Assembly (NCBI GenBank): GCA_037379345.1 | Contig: CM074515.1 | Location: 14,508,001-14,572,000 of the forward strand | Direction: 5' to 3' | DNA length: 64,000 nucleotides | Source: Perna viridis | Lineage: Eukaryota | The notes under the pieces: generated by a model | What the model was told of the DNA's origin: nothing | Seen by the model: the letters and a program-made list of their open reading frames with translations, nothing else | Databases searched by the model: none | In this document: in pieces, positions 51,299-64,000 of the stretch | Numbering within the stretch: the stretch's first letter is position 1 | Layout of the letters: every line of letters begins with the position of its first letter | Made by a program: the position numbers and the translations under genes

Positions 51299-51720
51299 GC
51301 CCCGTACAGGCCCGGGTGTTGAAAGAATAGGCCTGTAGCAGCACTAAGCTTGTTGTAAAAGGTGTCTAAATAGTGCTCAGAAACCTAGCCGGGGGCTAGG
51401 CGCTCTGCCCATAGAGCAACTGGGATGTGTGCCCCAGGTGGTGGAATGGGGTACTCCTGGCATGTTACATGCTGGGGTTGTCAGGCTATAATACGGAAAA
51501 CCTGATCGCAAACCATAGTGGTGCACCGTGTTGGGAAAGATGCCACGTTCTTTGCATGTTAAAGAACCCTGCTGACATTCGATAGGAGTAGGAACCTTTG
51601 CACTCCGCCACAGGAGGCTATATTGCCCGACCTTACCCATCCCTCCCTTTTTCTAGTGGCAATCATAATTTTTTGACCCTATTATCCTTGTGTCCCATTA
51701 AACCCCAACAATCAATCAAT
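51299..51720 (+). mobile_element. SINE-like short retroposon, copy B (complete, 422 bp)
   Basis: 15-bp TSD ctgta(a/g)tgtatagtt at 51284-51298 and 51721-51735. (AATC)n tail. The internal gcatgttaaagaaccc resembles the Meta-type central SINE domain. Confidence 0.82.
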
Positions 51721-52510
51721 CTGTAGTGTATAGTTAACTTAATAACTAGTCAGTACACCATCCAAGTATTCTTCATGTAAAATACCATTACAAATAAAAA
51801 ATCTATCAGTTTATTTGCACTCATAATAAAAAAAAAAAAAAAAACAACTCAAGTATCAGTAAACTTTTGCTCTCATCGCTTGTTTAATTATACGAATCCA
51901 TACATCTAACATGAAGTTGTATGTTTCAACTAATAACAAATAAAAAGTTATCTATCTCAACCAGATTGATAGAAGACTTATAAACCCTCAGTTTAATACA
52001 ATGATTGTGATCTATCTCACTTTCATACAACTGCCAAGGGCTCTACAAATTAGCACGAAACTTTGTGCTGACATATCAAATATTTAACAATTTCATTTCT
52101 TTGCATATAAACAAGTGATCAGATATTACATAATGGAAGATAACAATGGTTTATACATCACAGAACTGACTAAACAGAATACTTTATTACATATTTACAA
52201 AATGGATATAGGAGAGTCACGGTATTAAAGAGCTTGAATCAATGAATTATGACTTAAATCTCTTTAGAAAAATGAACAAGGTACATGTAGGCTGTACCAT
52301 TAATGTAAGTAGTGGAAGATTCAGCACTAGTCAAATGAGAACTGCAGCAAGTTTCATAAACACATGATCTTAAATTTCCCATTTCAATCAATCGAATTGA
52401 TGAAGATTTGAGTTAAAAAGGATTCGAGGAAAACTTCAACTTGAGAATCTAGACCCTGACCTAACAATTCATTATCATAAAGAAAAAATAATAAATTTAA
52501 CTGAATGATT

Positions 52511-52652
52511 AAAAAGTGAAATATTCATGCATGTCATGTACAATGTACAGAAAAAAGTAGAAATAGACAGCCTTGTTGTAATTGTTTAAAAAGTGAAATA
52601 TTCATGCATGTCATGTACAATGTACAGAAAAAAGTAGAAATAGACAGCCTTG
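52511..52652. repeat. 77-bp tandem duplication (2 copies)
   Basis: aaaaagtgaaatattcatgcatgtcatgtacaatgtacagaaaaaagtagaaatagacagccttgt at 52511 and 52588. Confidence 0.9.
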
Positions 52653-53478
52653 TGGTAATCGTCAAAGAGATAACCCTTCCAAACAATGGAAAAAAAAAAA
52701 CAGCCAAAGACAGTGGGTGAACATTTAATAGATGTTGGTAATTTTTTCCTTGCCAGGAATCGTATGGTAGTCATTAGATTCTCTTATGTTAATTGTTGCT
52801 TGGAAACATACAATAATCATATCATGCTTGATTTATATGACAATCATATCACCTGTGTCAGTTTTGGCTGTGTTTACCGGAAACATGCAACTCAAGATTA
52901 ACAAAGGTTAGAGGTTCCTGATTAAGGGAAGGACTGTTAACTATGTGGTAAGGTTGAACTGGTTTGATGGGTTGTTATAGTTAGTTGTAAATCTTAGAGT
53001 TCAAAGGACTGACTTAACCAGACATATGTACATTTAAACAATCTATAATTATTTGGTAACTTTTTGCTAACCTGTTCAATAACTCATCTCAACATACTGT
53101 AAACCATATAATTTTCGCAGCCTTCTATGTTTAGCAATTTTCATGGAAAGACCAGTAATATGAAAAATTAAACTGTCGAGATTAATTTCTTTGAAGAAAA
53201 TTATAATACGAGTTAAGGAACAACCCCTAATTCGAAACTGTAAGAAGGTAGGATGATCATGGAAACCACATAAAAATTCTAGCTCGAAATAATTTTGAAC
53301 TGTTTTAATTTTTCAAATTCTCAATAGAAATTTCAATATTGATCCTAATTTTAATAAATGAAATGTAACATTATTTCAGAACTTTTTCTATACAAAACAA
53401 TAATCAATACAAATAGAAAGTAACTGAGCACTTGACTTGATAATAAACATTTTAAACATTAAGTAGCAGTCTTTGTAA

Positions 53479-53828
53479 GAATCATGCAAAATCTGAAAAA
53501 TGTGATACACCCCAAAAAAGGCTACATATTTTTATTTTGGTAATTAAGTTGTTTTATGAGTCTATACTATGAAATATGTCATTATTCATTCAAATCTGTC
53601 TGCTCTTAGGAGTTAATCAACATTGAAAATCCAATAGATTCTATTGTATTTGAGTGTTATCTCCCTTACTTTCAAATTCTACAGTGCATTCTATACAATT
53701 TTTATCTCCTATGAGCACGGATATGAAAAACCAAATGTTAATTTCTTTTTACTAAAACATTTTAAAAAAAATATCAAAAATAAAAATATGTAGGCTTTCC
53801 AACCATGTATCACATTTTGCATGACTCT
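53479..53828. mobile_element. Degenerate foldback/MITE with long imperfect TIRs
   Basis: tcatgcaaaa..tgtgatac..ctacatatttttatttt mirrored by aaaataaaaatatgtag..gtatcacattttgcatga. Confidence 0.65.
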
Positions 53829-56800
53829 CAGCTAGAGTGCTACTCAACTACATAATTCTCTACATAAAAGTATGCTTACTCATGCATATACAATGTATAC
53901 AACTCACATAACAAAAACTGATTCATTGTACAAATTAATAAATCTTACTAGAGTCATTTTTTTATATACTGAGAACTCAGATATGAGAATTATTTTTAAG
54001 TCCAAATTTGAAAGACAAATAGATAGATTTATTTACAATAATAATGCCCCTACAAGCCTACCGAAAGCCAATGCCATACATAATGGTAAAGTTTCAATAG
54101 TAATATATTGAAAACAATTTGATCCTGTTACTATTAAAGAACTATTGATAGTGGGGTACTAATTTTTGCTTTTTTCGGGATTAAGTCATACATGTATATG
54201 AACCCCATATTAAAGTTTCCAACGTTAGATAAAATTTCATTTAAAAACTGTGATGACCTTACAAAACACATTACCACTGGTAATTCATTTTTCAATAAAA
54301 TGCTTCATGGAGCTCAGCTAAATACGCCCCCAAAGGTCAAACCCTGAACTTGGGGTTACTGAAGGTTCAAACAACTCTGTATTTGATTGTGATTTAATAT
54401 TTAACACAAAATACATAAAAATCAAAAAGAGGCTCACATGAATGATAACATTACAATTCAACAAGGTTTCTGCAATATTGCTTAAAGGAGTCTGGAAGTT
54501 AGTGTGCAATTATGGGAAATCCCCCCATTTTTATTAATTAAGTCCAAAAACTTGAAAAGGGAAAATCAGTAATTTATAATAACTGAAGAGGGAGCTTGAA
54601 TCAGTAGTAATAAACTATTTTCCAAAGTTTCGTGAAAATGGCCGCAACCACTAATGGGTTATAGTCCGAAAACTGTGACACCCCCCGCTCACATCAATAG
54701 AATGGAATAAAAACAATTCACCAAAGTTTCACAAAAATTAGAGGTAGCAATTTAGAATTATTTTGCAAAGTGTGAGCCACAGACAGACAGACACCAGTAT
54801 ACCATGATATGTAATAAACAGAAGGCCATACAAAAACTATGAAAATTATTTCCCTATGTGTTAAAAATTTTTTTATAGTAAAATAATGAAAATCAAGAGT
54901 TCGACTGTAACTTAATTAGCAATATTACAATTCATTCTATTTACCACCATTAGTTCATTAATTTGAAAGTTTCAGCATTAACAGAAAAACTATACCTATG
55001 TCTCATGTGAACTTAATTATGTAAACATCCTCCACATTTCATTGGTCTAATTACTTAATTAAAGTTAGATTAAAAAAACTCTTCTTCAGAGATTTACTTT
55101 TAAGGAATTAATATGGTACATACCTTCAGCAATTAAATAACTTCTAAAACCATTCACCTGCAGATAGTATGAAAAAATAATAATTCCTTCCAACTGATCA
55201 GTAAGATTTCAAAGCTAAATCAAACTCCTTTAGATAAGTCATGTTACTGTATCAATATTAGTAAACAAAGCAGAAATCTACTGTGTAAACGGTAGAAGAA
55301 TTCTAAATCCCTTTGACTCCAGCACACAATTGATGCAATTATTTCAATAAAGTTCATTACCCATTCTCCAGACTGTTTCCCTCATAATTCTAATGTGATA
55401 TTCAACTAAACAAATATCCATTCACGCTCCTACTGAAACATACTATAATTATCTCCTTTTTTTTCCCATTACAGCCACAACAGCTTTTGTTATGGAACAG
55501 AAATATTTTTCGTAAAATGAAATTGTTATCCTATACATGGGCTATTAGAAGTTATTATTAACTTCAACAGATCAACTTGCATCCGACCCGGACTCATTAC
55601 AGATGAAGTCACCAACTCAGTCGACTTTTGACTGTCAGCAAAGTTGTACACAAAACAGAAGGAAATTTGTGAGTGGGCTGATTACATGATTACTATACAA
55701 TATAATAAGAAAGGTGTCACTTCAAATTAGGTATGTTTGAATCAAAGTATCGTGAGAAAGGTCAGGAAATGAGGACATAATTTCACACATGTGATATTTG
55801 AATAGCTCAGTAACATGACTGTGACATGGGGACCAAAATTATAATAATTAAATCATGTGGCCACTCAAAATACTGAATAATAAATACTGTACAGATCTAG
55901 TTGTCATTTCAAGGATCAATGACAATGTACTTTCATCAGAAACTATACTTTCACTGTAACCTCAAAGTAATAGAATGTAAAATGCTACCTTACAGCTTAG
56001 CTTCAATGACCATGCAGTAAATGTAAAATACTACCCTAGAGCTTCACTTCAATGACCATGCTGTCAGGGCTGTGCTGTTTCAATTATGACTATCAGGATT
56101 CATTTTAACCCAGCATTTTCAAAACAGAAACCGTAATACATCTAACCAAACCGTTCACTTTTCCATCAATATACTAGCTGTCCTACCTTTAAGTCAAAAT
56201 CCAATGGTAATATTCATATCATTGACAAGCCATTAATAACTAGGTCAAATTATGAATAACTAATGAAATAAAGCTGTAAATTTTTCTCCCGAAACTGAAT
56301 ACATCCTGGTTTCCTGACTAAACACAACAGATTCTGATGAAAACTACTGGTAGTGATAACCTTTAATGGTTTAGAAACCAGAACTATACTGGTACATGTA
56401 GTCATGTACATGTACCACCTAAATGGTGAATGACAAGTTATAACATTACAGAAATATTTATGTTCTTTCTTTATACAGTTAACACCTTTTAGATGTCATC
56501 AATAAAAACTCTCATTTATGAAAAACAACTGTTGACAACTTAAATTTTAAGCATGGAGTGCTTGCATCCAATTAGTGCTTCAACTATTTGTAATCAAAGG
56601 GTACTTGTATTTCAAGCACTGGTTTCCGTATGGTACATGTAGTATGATGATAAGAACATTCAAACGGAATTAGTAATACATGTAATTATCAAAAGGGAAT
56701 AACTCTTACAATATTATCAAATGAAATGCTACAAATAACATTCTGATCATGAGTGATGATCGATGTTTATTGAACTGTGTTCTTTAATTCATACTTTATT

Positions 56801-59800
56801 TGATACATGTATGTTCTAATGAATCGTATTTGTTTCCATCAATGGTTGACTGATATTCCTAGTATAAGTCACAAGATCAAAGTACTGGTCATGTTATACA
56901 AAAATTCTAATGAAATAAATATTTGTTCAAAACATTTTTGCAGACACATTTCTACATGTAATTGCAAATCTGATATATATAGCTTTAAAACCAGTTGTAA
57001 CTTGCAATTCCCAAGATGATTGTAGCCTTAGAACCAACCCTATTGTGCAGAATTGCATCTCCTATTTTTATACTATGTGTAAATCTGCAGTGACTGTGGC
57101 CTTAGAAATAAACCCCATCAAGCAGACTAAAAAGCTTATCAATTGCTGAGATCATTACTTAAAACAGTATTTGTTAAGTTCATATCCTATGGTTTTCAAG
57201 CTGTAGAAATCTAGATTCAAATATAAATGAAAAAATGTATAGGAACTATATATAACTTATCATCAGTAAATCAGTAAATATAAATGCCCAAATACTGATT
57301 ACATCATAAAATTATTAAAATACATGTAGACATAATGTAATAATTAACTGGATCTGATAGATTCAGAGGCTGATGAGTATACAAAATAAAAGTACTGGTG
57401 TATACCTCAAATCATATACATCCATAAATGACCTTCTTTAATTCATCATGACCTTTGACTAATCAGTCCAACTGAGAATTTGTCAGGATCATGTAGGAAT
57501 ATCAATTAAAGCCTAAAAATCAATCCAGGTACATGTATTGGTACATGTACCCATTTAGAAAATAAATCAAATGAATTAGAAATACTGTGAGCAAGCTCAC
57601 AAAGAGTTTGTCCCTGCTTCAAATAAACTCAAATGTAAAACCTTTAAGTTGGATTTATCTCCCTTTGGAGTCATCCAACAAAAATTATATTCCTTCATGC
57701 AGATCTACATATGATACCCAACCTTCTTATAAAATAAACATCTAAATTACTTGAGATGTTTAGCAGATGATTCCTACAAAAATGTATATACCCCGAAACT
57801 TTGTTTGCAAGGGGTATAAAAATTGAAAACTTTCCAATTCATTGAGATTTTCTGTTAAACAGTTTGAACTTGTGAGAAAAGTTACAATGTGAAAGCCTCA
57901 CATCTTCCTGACAATACTATACAGCCATAGCTATATAAGACCAAATTACACTGTCTTGAATTAAAAAGTCAAATTGATATAGTTACGGCAAGAGGTATAG
58001 GAACGCAAAGGAAACCAAAAATCTAATCATTTTACCTGCACCTAAATACCACTGTTTACATAAACAAGGAACAAAATATGGTGTTAAGACCCATGTGAAA
58101 TGTTGATTCACAACCACAATCAATTTAATAATAGCAACTACATGTACATGTATATATATATATATATATATATAAACACACACACACACACAACAGTATA
58201 TCCATTTAAATTTCTTACATAAATGCATTAAACATACCAGCATGTATGTGTACATACATAATAATAGTTGTATGTACATGTATTATGAACAAATTTCCAT
58301 AAAATTTGGTGACTAATATTTTCAAATTTTAAGACCTACACCATTTATGTGCTATTATCTAAAGTAACCATTAAAATTTAGAAGCACACTTAAATCACAT
58401 TACATCTGCTCTGGGCAAATTAAATGGCTAGACAATTTAAATTTATACTCAAATTCTAGAATAATTCAACTTAAAATTCAGACTTTTTTAGCTTCTAGAC
58501 AAAGTGAAGCAATGATCTTTTGTATAAAAGATGCACTTAGACCATAACATATAGTACTATAAAACATATGAAATGTGATTACTCTGGACAGATGTAAACT
58601 GTTAATTCTATCAGGATGATCAGCAGCTTCATTAATATTGCCATCTTAAAAGCCAACCTAAATAGCAAAATTTCCAATCAACTAGGAACTGCAATCGAAA
58701 AATGAGGTGTATTTAACTTAGATGTCATATAAACTATTAAATTTTCATTAAAGTTAAATGCATAAGAATTAAAAAGGAGTTTGCATACAATTCTGAACAA
58801 ATTAAGATCGTCCACTTTTTGGTAAACAGGAAGTGAATGTTCAGTGATTCCGAACTTCCATAATTTTATTATAAAAGTAGACTGACAATTTCTAACTACA
58901 GGTATGTAAAATAGGGTACTAAACATTAATTAATGTATAACTTATGAAAAAGGCTATTCCTGGATTAGCTGCTTGTCCAATTTTACAGCATTGCTCTAAC
59001 CTGGCCATTTTTTCCCAGTTATATTCAAAACTGGAAAAAAGCTAAAAATTTGTTTTTAGTACCAGTGGATATGATACATGTACATGTTTATACGTGATAT
59101 TTGGGACAACATTGTGTTATTACATAATCTTGTCAGCACACTGATTCCCAAACATTAATAACATCAATACCTTCACATTCCTCTGTCAATTACACCTGTC
59201 AGAATATTGGGGTCAGGTATTTTGTGTACCTGTATACTAACCTAATTTATAGAGTTAAATCCTGTCATTTAAGTACATTGCAATATTGTTTGACCTTATT
59301 GTCTTTCAGATATGTTAATTTTGTATACTCAAACTATACAGAGAAAAAAACAAAACTGATCTATTTTAGTAAAAAAAAACTGACAAATAATTTATGATTT
59401 TTAATATGGTTGTTATGTCAAATTATCCTTTGTTAAGTAGAAAGGAAGACCTTGTATAAGAATTGATACTTTTATTATAATATTAGTAATCCACTTTAAT
59501 CCACTATGTATCTCAAGGAGACCCTTTTTAATTGTGAGATATTTCAGTTAAACAAGAAAATCAAAGCTCAGAAATTAAATATTAAATCATGTCACCTATG
59601 CTTGGAAAGATTGATAAATTGCCAAATTTTTCTCTACAGATATCCACAATTGTACAATCAGCCCCAGCATAACTTCATAAGTCTAGTATTGTTTCTACTG
59701 GTGAGTATGTTTATCTGCAATCTCAAAAAAAAAATTATTTTTAACTACCATGACTACCCTTACAGATCTAGCACAGTCAGTGTTAGAAGCTACATTTAGT

Positions 59801-61790
59801 ATATGAATGTCAGTTGCCTAACCAAGCCTTCTGGGTTCCTAACTTTAGGACGAGCTTGGTCAGAGTATGTCCTACCTGTGGCTTGACTGCCCAAGGGGCA
59901 CCTTGTTCGAAAATTGACAGGGTGTTCTGGAAGTTCAAAATCCTGACATCATTCAAGACCATTTTTTATGGATCTACATACCCAATGATACACAAAATTG
60001 GTAAAAATACAGACCCCTTACCTAAGACATATTCTACTGATGCATAGATTAATATGTGGATATCAAATCTTGTGATAAAACTTATTCACATAAAAAAAAA
60101 TATTGTATACTACACATTATGCACATAACATACTTCTTTAAAAATTTTTACAAAATAACTTACTATTTATAAAATCATACCCCATTTCAGGCTATTCAGC
60201 TAAAAATGCAACCCCTTTTGTCTGAACATACCCCTGTACCATACATGTACATGTATACATAGTGAGTGCCATACACACCCTGGGCTTGGCTACTGCATTG
60301 ACACTCTGGCCTAGAGTGATTCCACTCTCAGAGGGTTTGTATAATTTTTTACATCCCCCCTATACATTGTAAGTGTCAGTAGATAAGGAGTATCTTGTGC
60401 GACATATAAACACATTGCAATTGAATGCAACATACAAATTAAAACAACATAAACAATTTGTCAACCTTTTAAAAAAAGACAAAAACTGCAAAAATGTATA
60501 CAATGCTCTTCACTTTGTACTTATTCACATTTTAATAATATGCCTTGATTCCTAAAAAAATGACATCTGGTTATACATATACATGTGATAATCATTACTA
60601 AAATTGTCATTTTGCTTTATTTTTTTAATCCCAATTTCTACTTGCATGACTAAATCTTAGCTTCATCTTAGACTTGAAAGATCGTGCAATTTCCAAATAA
60701 AAAATCTTACTTGAAATAGTTCTTTTTTCCCCCCCCCTGACACTTTTCACATGCATGCACTTAACTCCATCTTCAATGTTATCTGGCTGATTTATAAAAA
60801 GGATTCCATTAAAAAAAATCTGCATTTGAAGACTTTATTGCAATCATGATACGATTTAAATAAAATGCATACCAAATGAAATTTTAATTAAACAAAATAT
60901 TTATCAATCATTCTTGAAGCTTTTTTGGTTATGCCAACAATTCTAAACATCAGTAATTGATGAAGCTCTCAAGATTAGTTTTTTTTATCTTTCTAAGAAA
61001 TGGTATCCCAGTTTTCTGAGAGATATGGTAAAATTAAAAGCAATTCAACATTGCATAATATCAGTTGTGGCTCAATACATTTTATTAGTTTTATCACCTA
61101 TAAAACATTGGATAATACTTTATGTAATATTTTCTGATATATTCATTACAAAAAAAACATGTTCTAATTTCAATGTATCAGGAAATTATGCATTTCAGAA
61201 TGTTTGCTACATGTACAAAATATATGTAAAATTCTATTTTATGCAAAGGGAGATCATTCTAACAATCTGCAGATAAATTTTGAAGCATTTTATTTGTCTT
61301 CATTTTTTCATACTTATATTGTCCATTTTCTATTACATGTATTTACCTTTTGAATGTGGATTTCCTTGTGGTAAATTCATTTCTATGTAGAGAAACAATT
61401 ACCACTACTTTATACCCATTTCACTTTCCACAATAACAACTTTTACATGCAAATATATACACACATATACACATATTTACTGCATATATGTATGTACATT
61501 TATATCTTTTGTGCATGTATTAGTACATTGATACATGCTCATAATACATTTATCATACGCATGTATGGATGCTATAAAAAGAACATAATGTGAAGTTAAA
61601 TCAAGGCTATACAGCATTTTCATCATCACCAAGTTAGAAGAATTAAGATTTATATCTACATGTATGATTATTGGTACACAACTGATATTTCACAGGCTTT
61701 TGTTTGACAATACAGGTAAAGCATTCAGCATAGTATATGAAAAGGGCAAGATCAAAGTCACTGCATGTACTAAATGTACCGTATAAAATT

Positions 61791-61922
61791 NNNNNNNNNN
61801 NNNNNNNNNNNNNNNNNNNNNNNNNNNNNNNNNNNNNNNNNNNNNNNNNNNNNNNNNNNNNNNNNNNNNNNNNNNNNNNNNNNNNNNNNNNNNNNNNNNN
61901 NNNNNNNNNNNNNNNNNNNNNN
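61791..61922. other. Assembly gap (132 N)
   Basis: Run of N. Confidence 1.
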
Positions 61923-62261
61923 TGGAAGAAGAGAACATATGATGGTCCAGCATCATGCCATGTATGATAAATTTCAGATTCAGGATTTCATACTTTCATA
62001 TTTTGTTACACTGAGAACTTAAGACACTGTAAAAAGTTGAAAATGCATTCAGTGTTTTAAGAACCTCTGGAAAATATTTGGGTATGGTTCCTTCTATGTC
62101 CTGTTATTCCACCGGGTCTAAGTGAGCATTAGCTCAATATACATTTGCTAAAAAAAGAAAATAAAATTAAGTGAAATCATGGCTATACAGCATTTTCACC
62201 ATCAACTCAGGAAATTATGTTCAATATAGAAACCAAATATCAATAAAATCAAAGCAAGTAT

Positions 62262-63130
62262 AACAAGAGGCTCCCAGGAGCCTGAATCGCTCACCTTCTT
62301 GAATTTTGCCTTTCAAAGGCAATTAATTAAACAAGAAGTTGTCCAACAATTTTGACTAAAGAAGTCTTTGGTAGGACTATCAAAAGATCTTTTCAACAAT
62401 TGAAAGTTTCTTTAAATCTATCATAGTTTTCAAGATATTGACTGAAAACTATTTAAAAAAAATATCATTTTTCCCCTTTCAAGGGCAATAACTCTTACAA
62501 GGAGTCTGAAGACTTTTGTAGTCCTAATAATATGGATCATTTCAGCTATTGAAAGAATTTGGATAAACCTTACGGTTTAGGAGATATATGTGAAAAACTA
62601 CTATCTGACCCTTATGTTCTATTTTTAGTAACGGCGGTCATGTTTTTTGACGAATCAAAAATCCCCATATCAGTTCTATGCAAGATACCCCAAGGAACAT
62701 TCATATTAAGTTTGGTTTCAATTGGACAAGTAGTGTCAGAGGAGAAGATTTTGGAAAGAAATAACATTAAAAATAGCAAAAATCATTGAAAAAGGGCGAT
62801 AACTCCAACATGGCTTAACGAATTAAAACCAAAATTTGACCAGAGATAGATCTCATCATGCTAAACACTTTCACCTCGTCAGAATTCAGCTAAACCTAAC
62901 GGTTTAGGAGATATATGCGAAAAACTAGTCTGACCCCTATGTTCTATTTTCAGTAACGGTGGCCATTTTTTTGGACGAATCAAAAATCCCCACATCAGTT
63001 CTATGCAGGATACCCCAAGGAACATTCATATCAAGTTTGGTTCTAATTAGTCAAGTAGTTTCAGAGGAGAAGTTTGTTGTATAATTGTTAACGACGATGA
63101 CAGATGCCAAGTGATGGCAATAGCTAAAAA
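62262..63130 (-). mobile_element. Helentron/HINE-like non-autonomous element, same family as 9192-10598
   Basis: aacaagaggctcccaggagcctgaatcgctcacct at one end and gatgccaagtgatggcaatagctaaaaa at the other. About 1.5 internal ~325-bp units. Confidence 0.8.
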
Positions 63131-63404
63131 TTAGTTGGGAAAATGGCAACCATTTTGAAAATTGCCGCCCAGAACAAACTTTCATCATCATCATCCAACA
63201 AAGAATACCATGTTTCCTCATAAACCAAAAAGCAGTAGAATCTGAGCAACTGGTGAAAATGGTTGCAAAATGGCAGCTATTTTTAAAATAGCAGCCTTGA
63301 AAAAATTTCAATACTGCCAGTCAACACAGAATATCATGTTTATCTTAAGAGTAGCTTTCATCTTCTGTATTCTTCTATAGTTGAGGAAAAAAGAGCAAAA
63401 AAAA

Positions 63405-64000
63405 ACTTTGACCCAATGTTCTATTTTTAATAACAATGGCCATGTTTTTTGACTGATGAAAAATTTTAAACAATCAATTTGTGCAGAATACCCTAAGGAA
63501 CAATTATGCTAACTTCCATTAAATTTTGTCACATGGTTCAAGAAAAAATGATTTCCAAAGTTGTACACATGAAAAATGACAAAAAAACTGTTTCAGGAGC
63601 CACAACTCAACCATTGGACAATAAATCATTTTGAAAATGTCAGCATAAGTCTGATGATGAGTACTATTACCTTACTTCAAAATTTTGCTAAATTCAATGG
63701 TTTTTTTTATGTTATTTGCAAAAAAACATATTTTGACCCCTTATATTCTATTTTTAGTAACAACAACCATGTTTTACAATGTTTCAAAAATTTTAAATGA
63801 TCAGTTTGTGCAGAATACCCTCAAGAACAATTTCACTAAGTTTTATTTGATTCTGAATAATAGTTTCAGAGAAGATTTTTAAAATAATAACACCAAAAAT
63901 AGTCAAAAATGTTGAAAAGGGCAATTTCAACTCCAACATTTGTTGAGATTTTCATGAAAATCAGCACACCAGTAGCTTTCATCATGCTGAACACTTTAAC
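63405..64000 (-). repeat. Older diverged units related to the ~328-bp HINE internal repeat
   Basis: tttgaccc..tgttctattttta.taac.a...ccatgtttt at about 63407 and 63732, followed by tgtgcagaataccct. Confidence 0.6.

Noticed and set aside
61690-62022. ORFs spanning the N run
   Set aside because: Artefacts of the assembly gap.

Overview
AT-rich eukaryotic genomic DNA with spliced genes and many repeats. The repeat types suggest a bivalve mollusc, but that is inference. Two convergent host genes are present. (1) The last two coding exons of a PX-domain sorting nexin of the SNX20/21 type (+; 5753-5877 and 7827-8495). (2) The complete coding region of a PPP1R16A/B (MYPT3/TIMAP)-like PP1 regulatory subunit (-; 45582 down to 17227), with an RVxF motif, ankyrin repeats and a C-terminal CaaX. 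I reconstructed it by hand from 10 phase-consistent exons plus two optional in-frame exons (75 nt and 18 nt). Mobile DNA includes an intact 3.8-kb single-ORF CR1/L2-group LINE with a 9-bp TSD and a 2A-like NIEMNPGP motif, a decayed LINE, Penelope-like fragments, Helentron/HINE-like elements, TTAA-flanked MITEs and several minisatellites. The most interesting observations are: a short retroposon family with no visible tRNA head, a defined 5' end and a pseudoknot-capable head (candidate structured RNA or ribozyme), whose two inverted copies bracket the start-codon exon; a six-fold tandem amplification of an exon end plus its splice donor; and the 2A-like leader of the intact LINE. Most short ORFs in the supplied track are non-coding noise.
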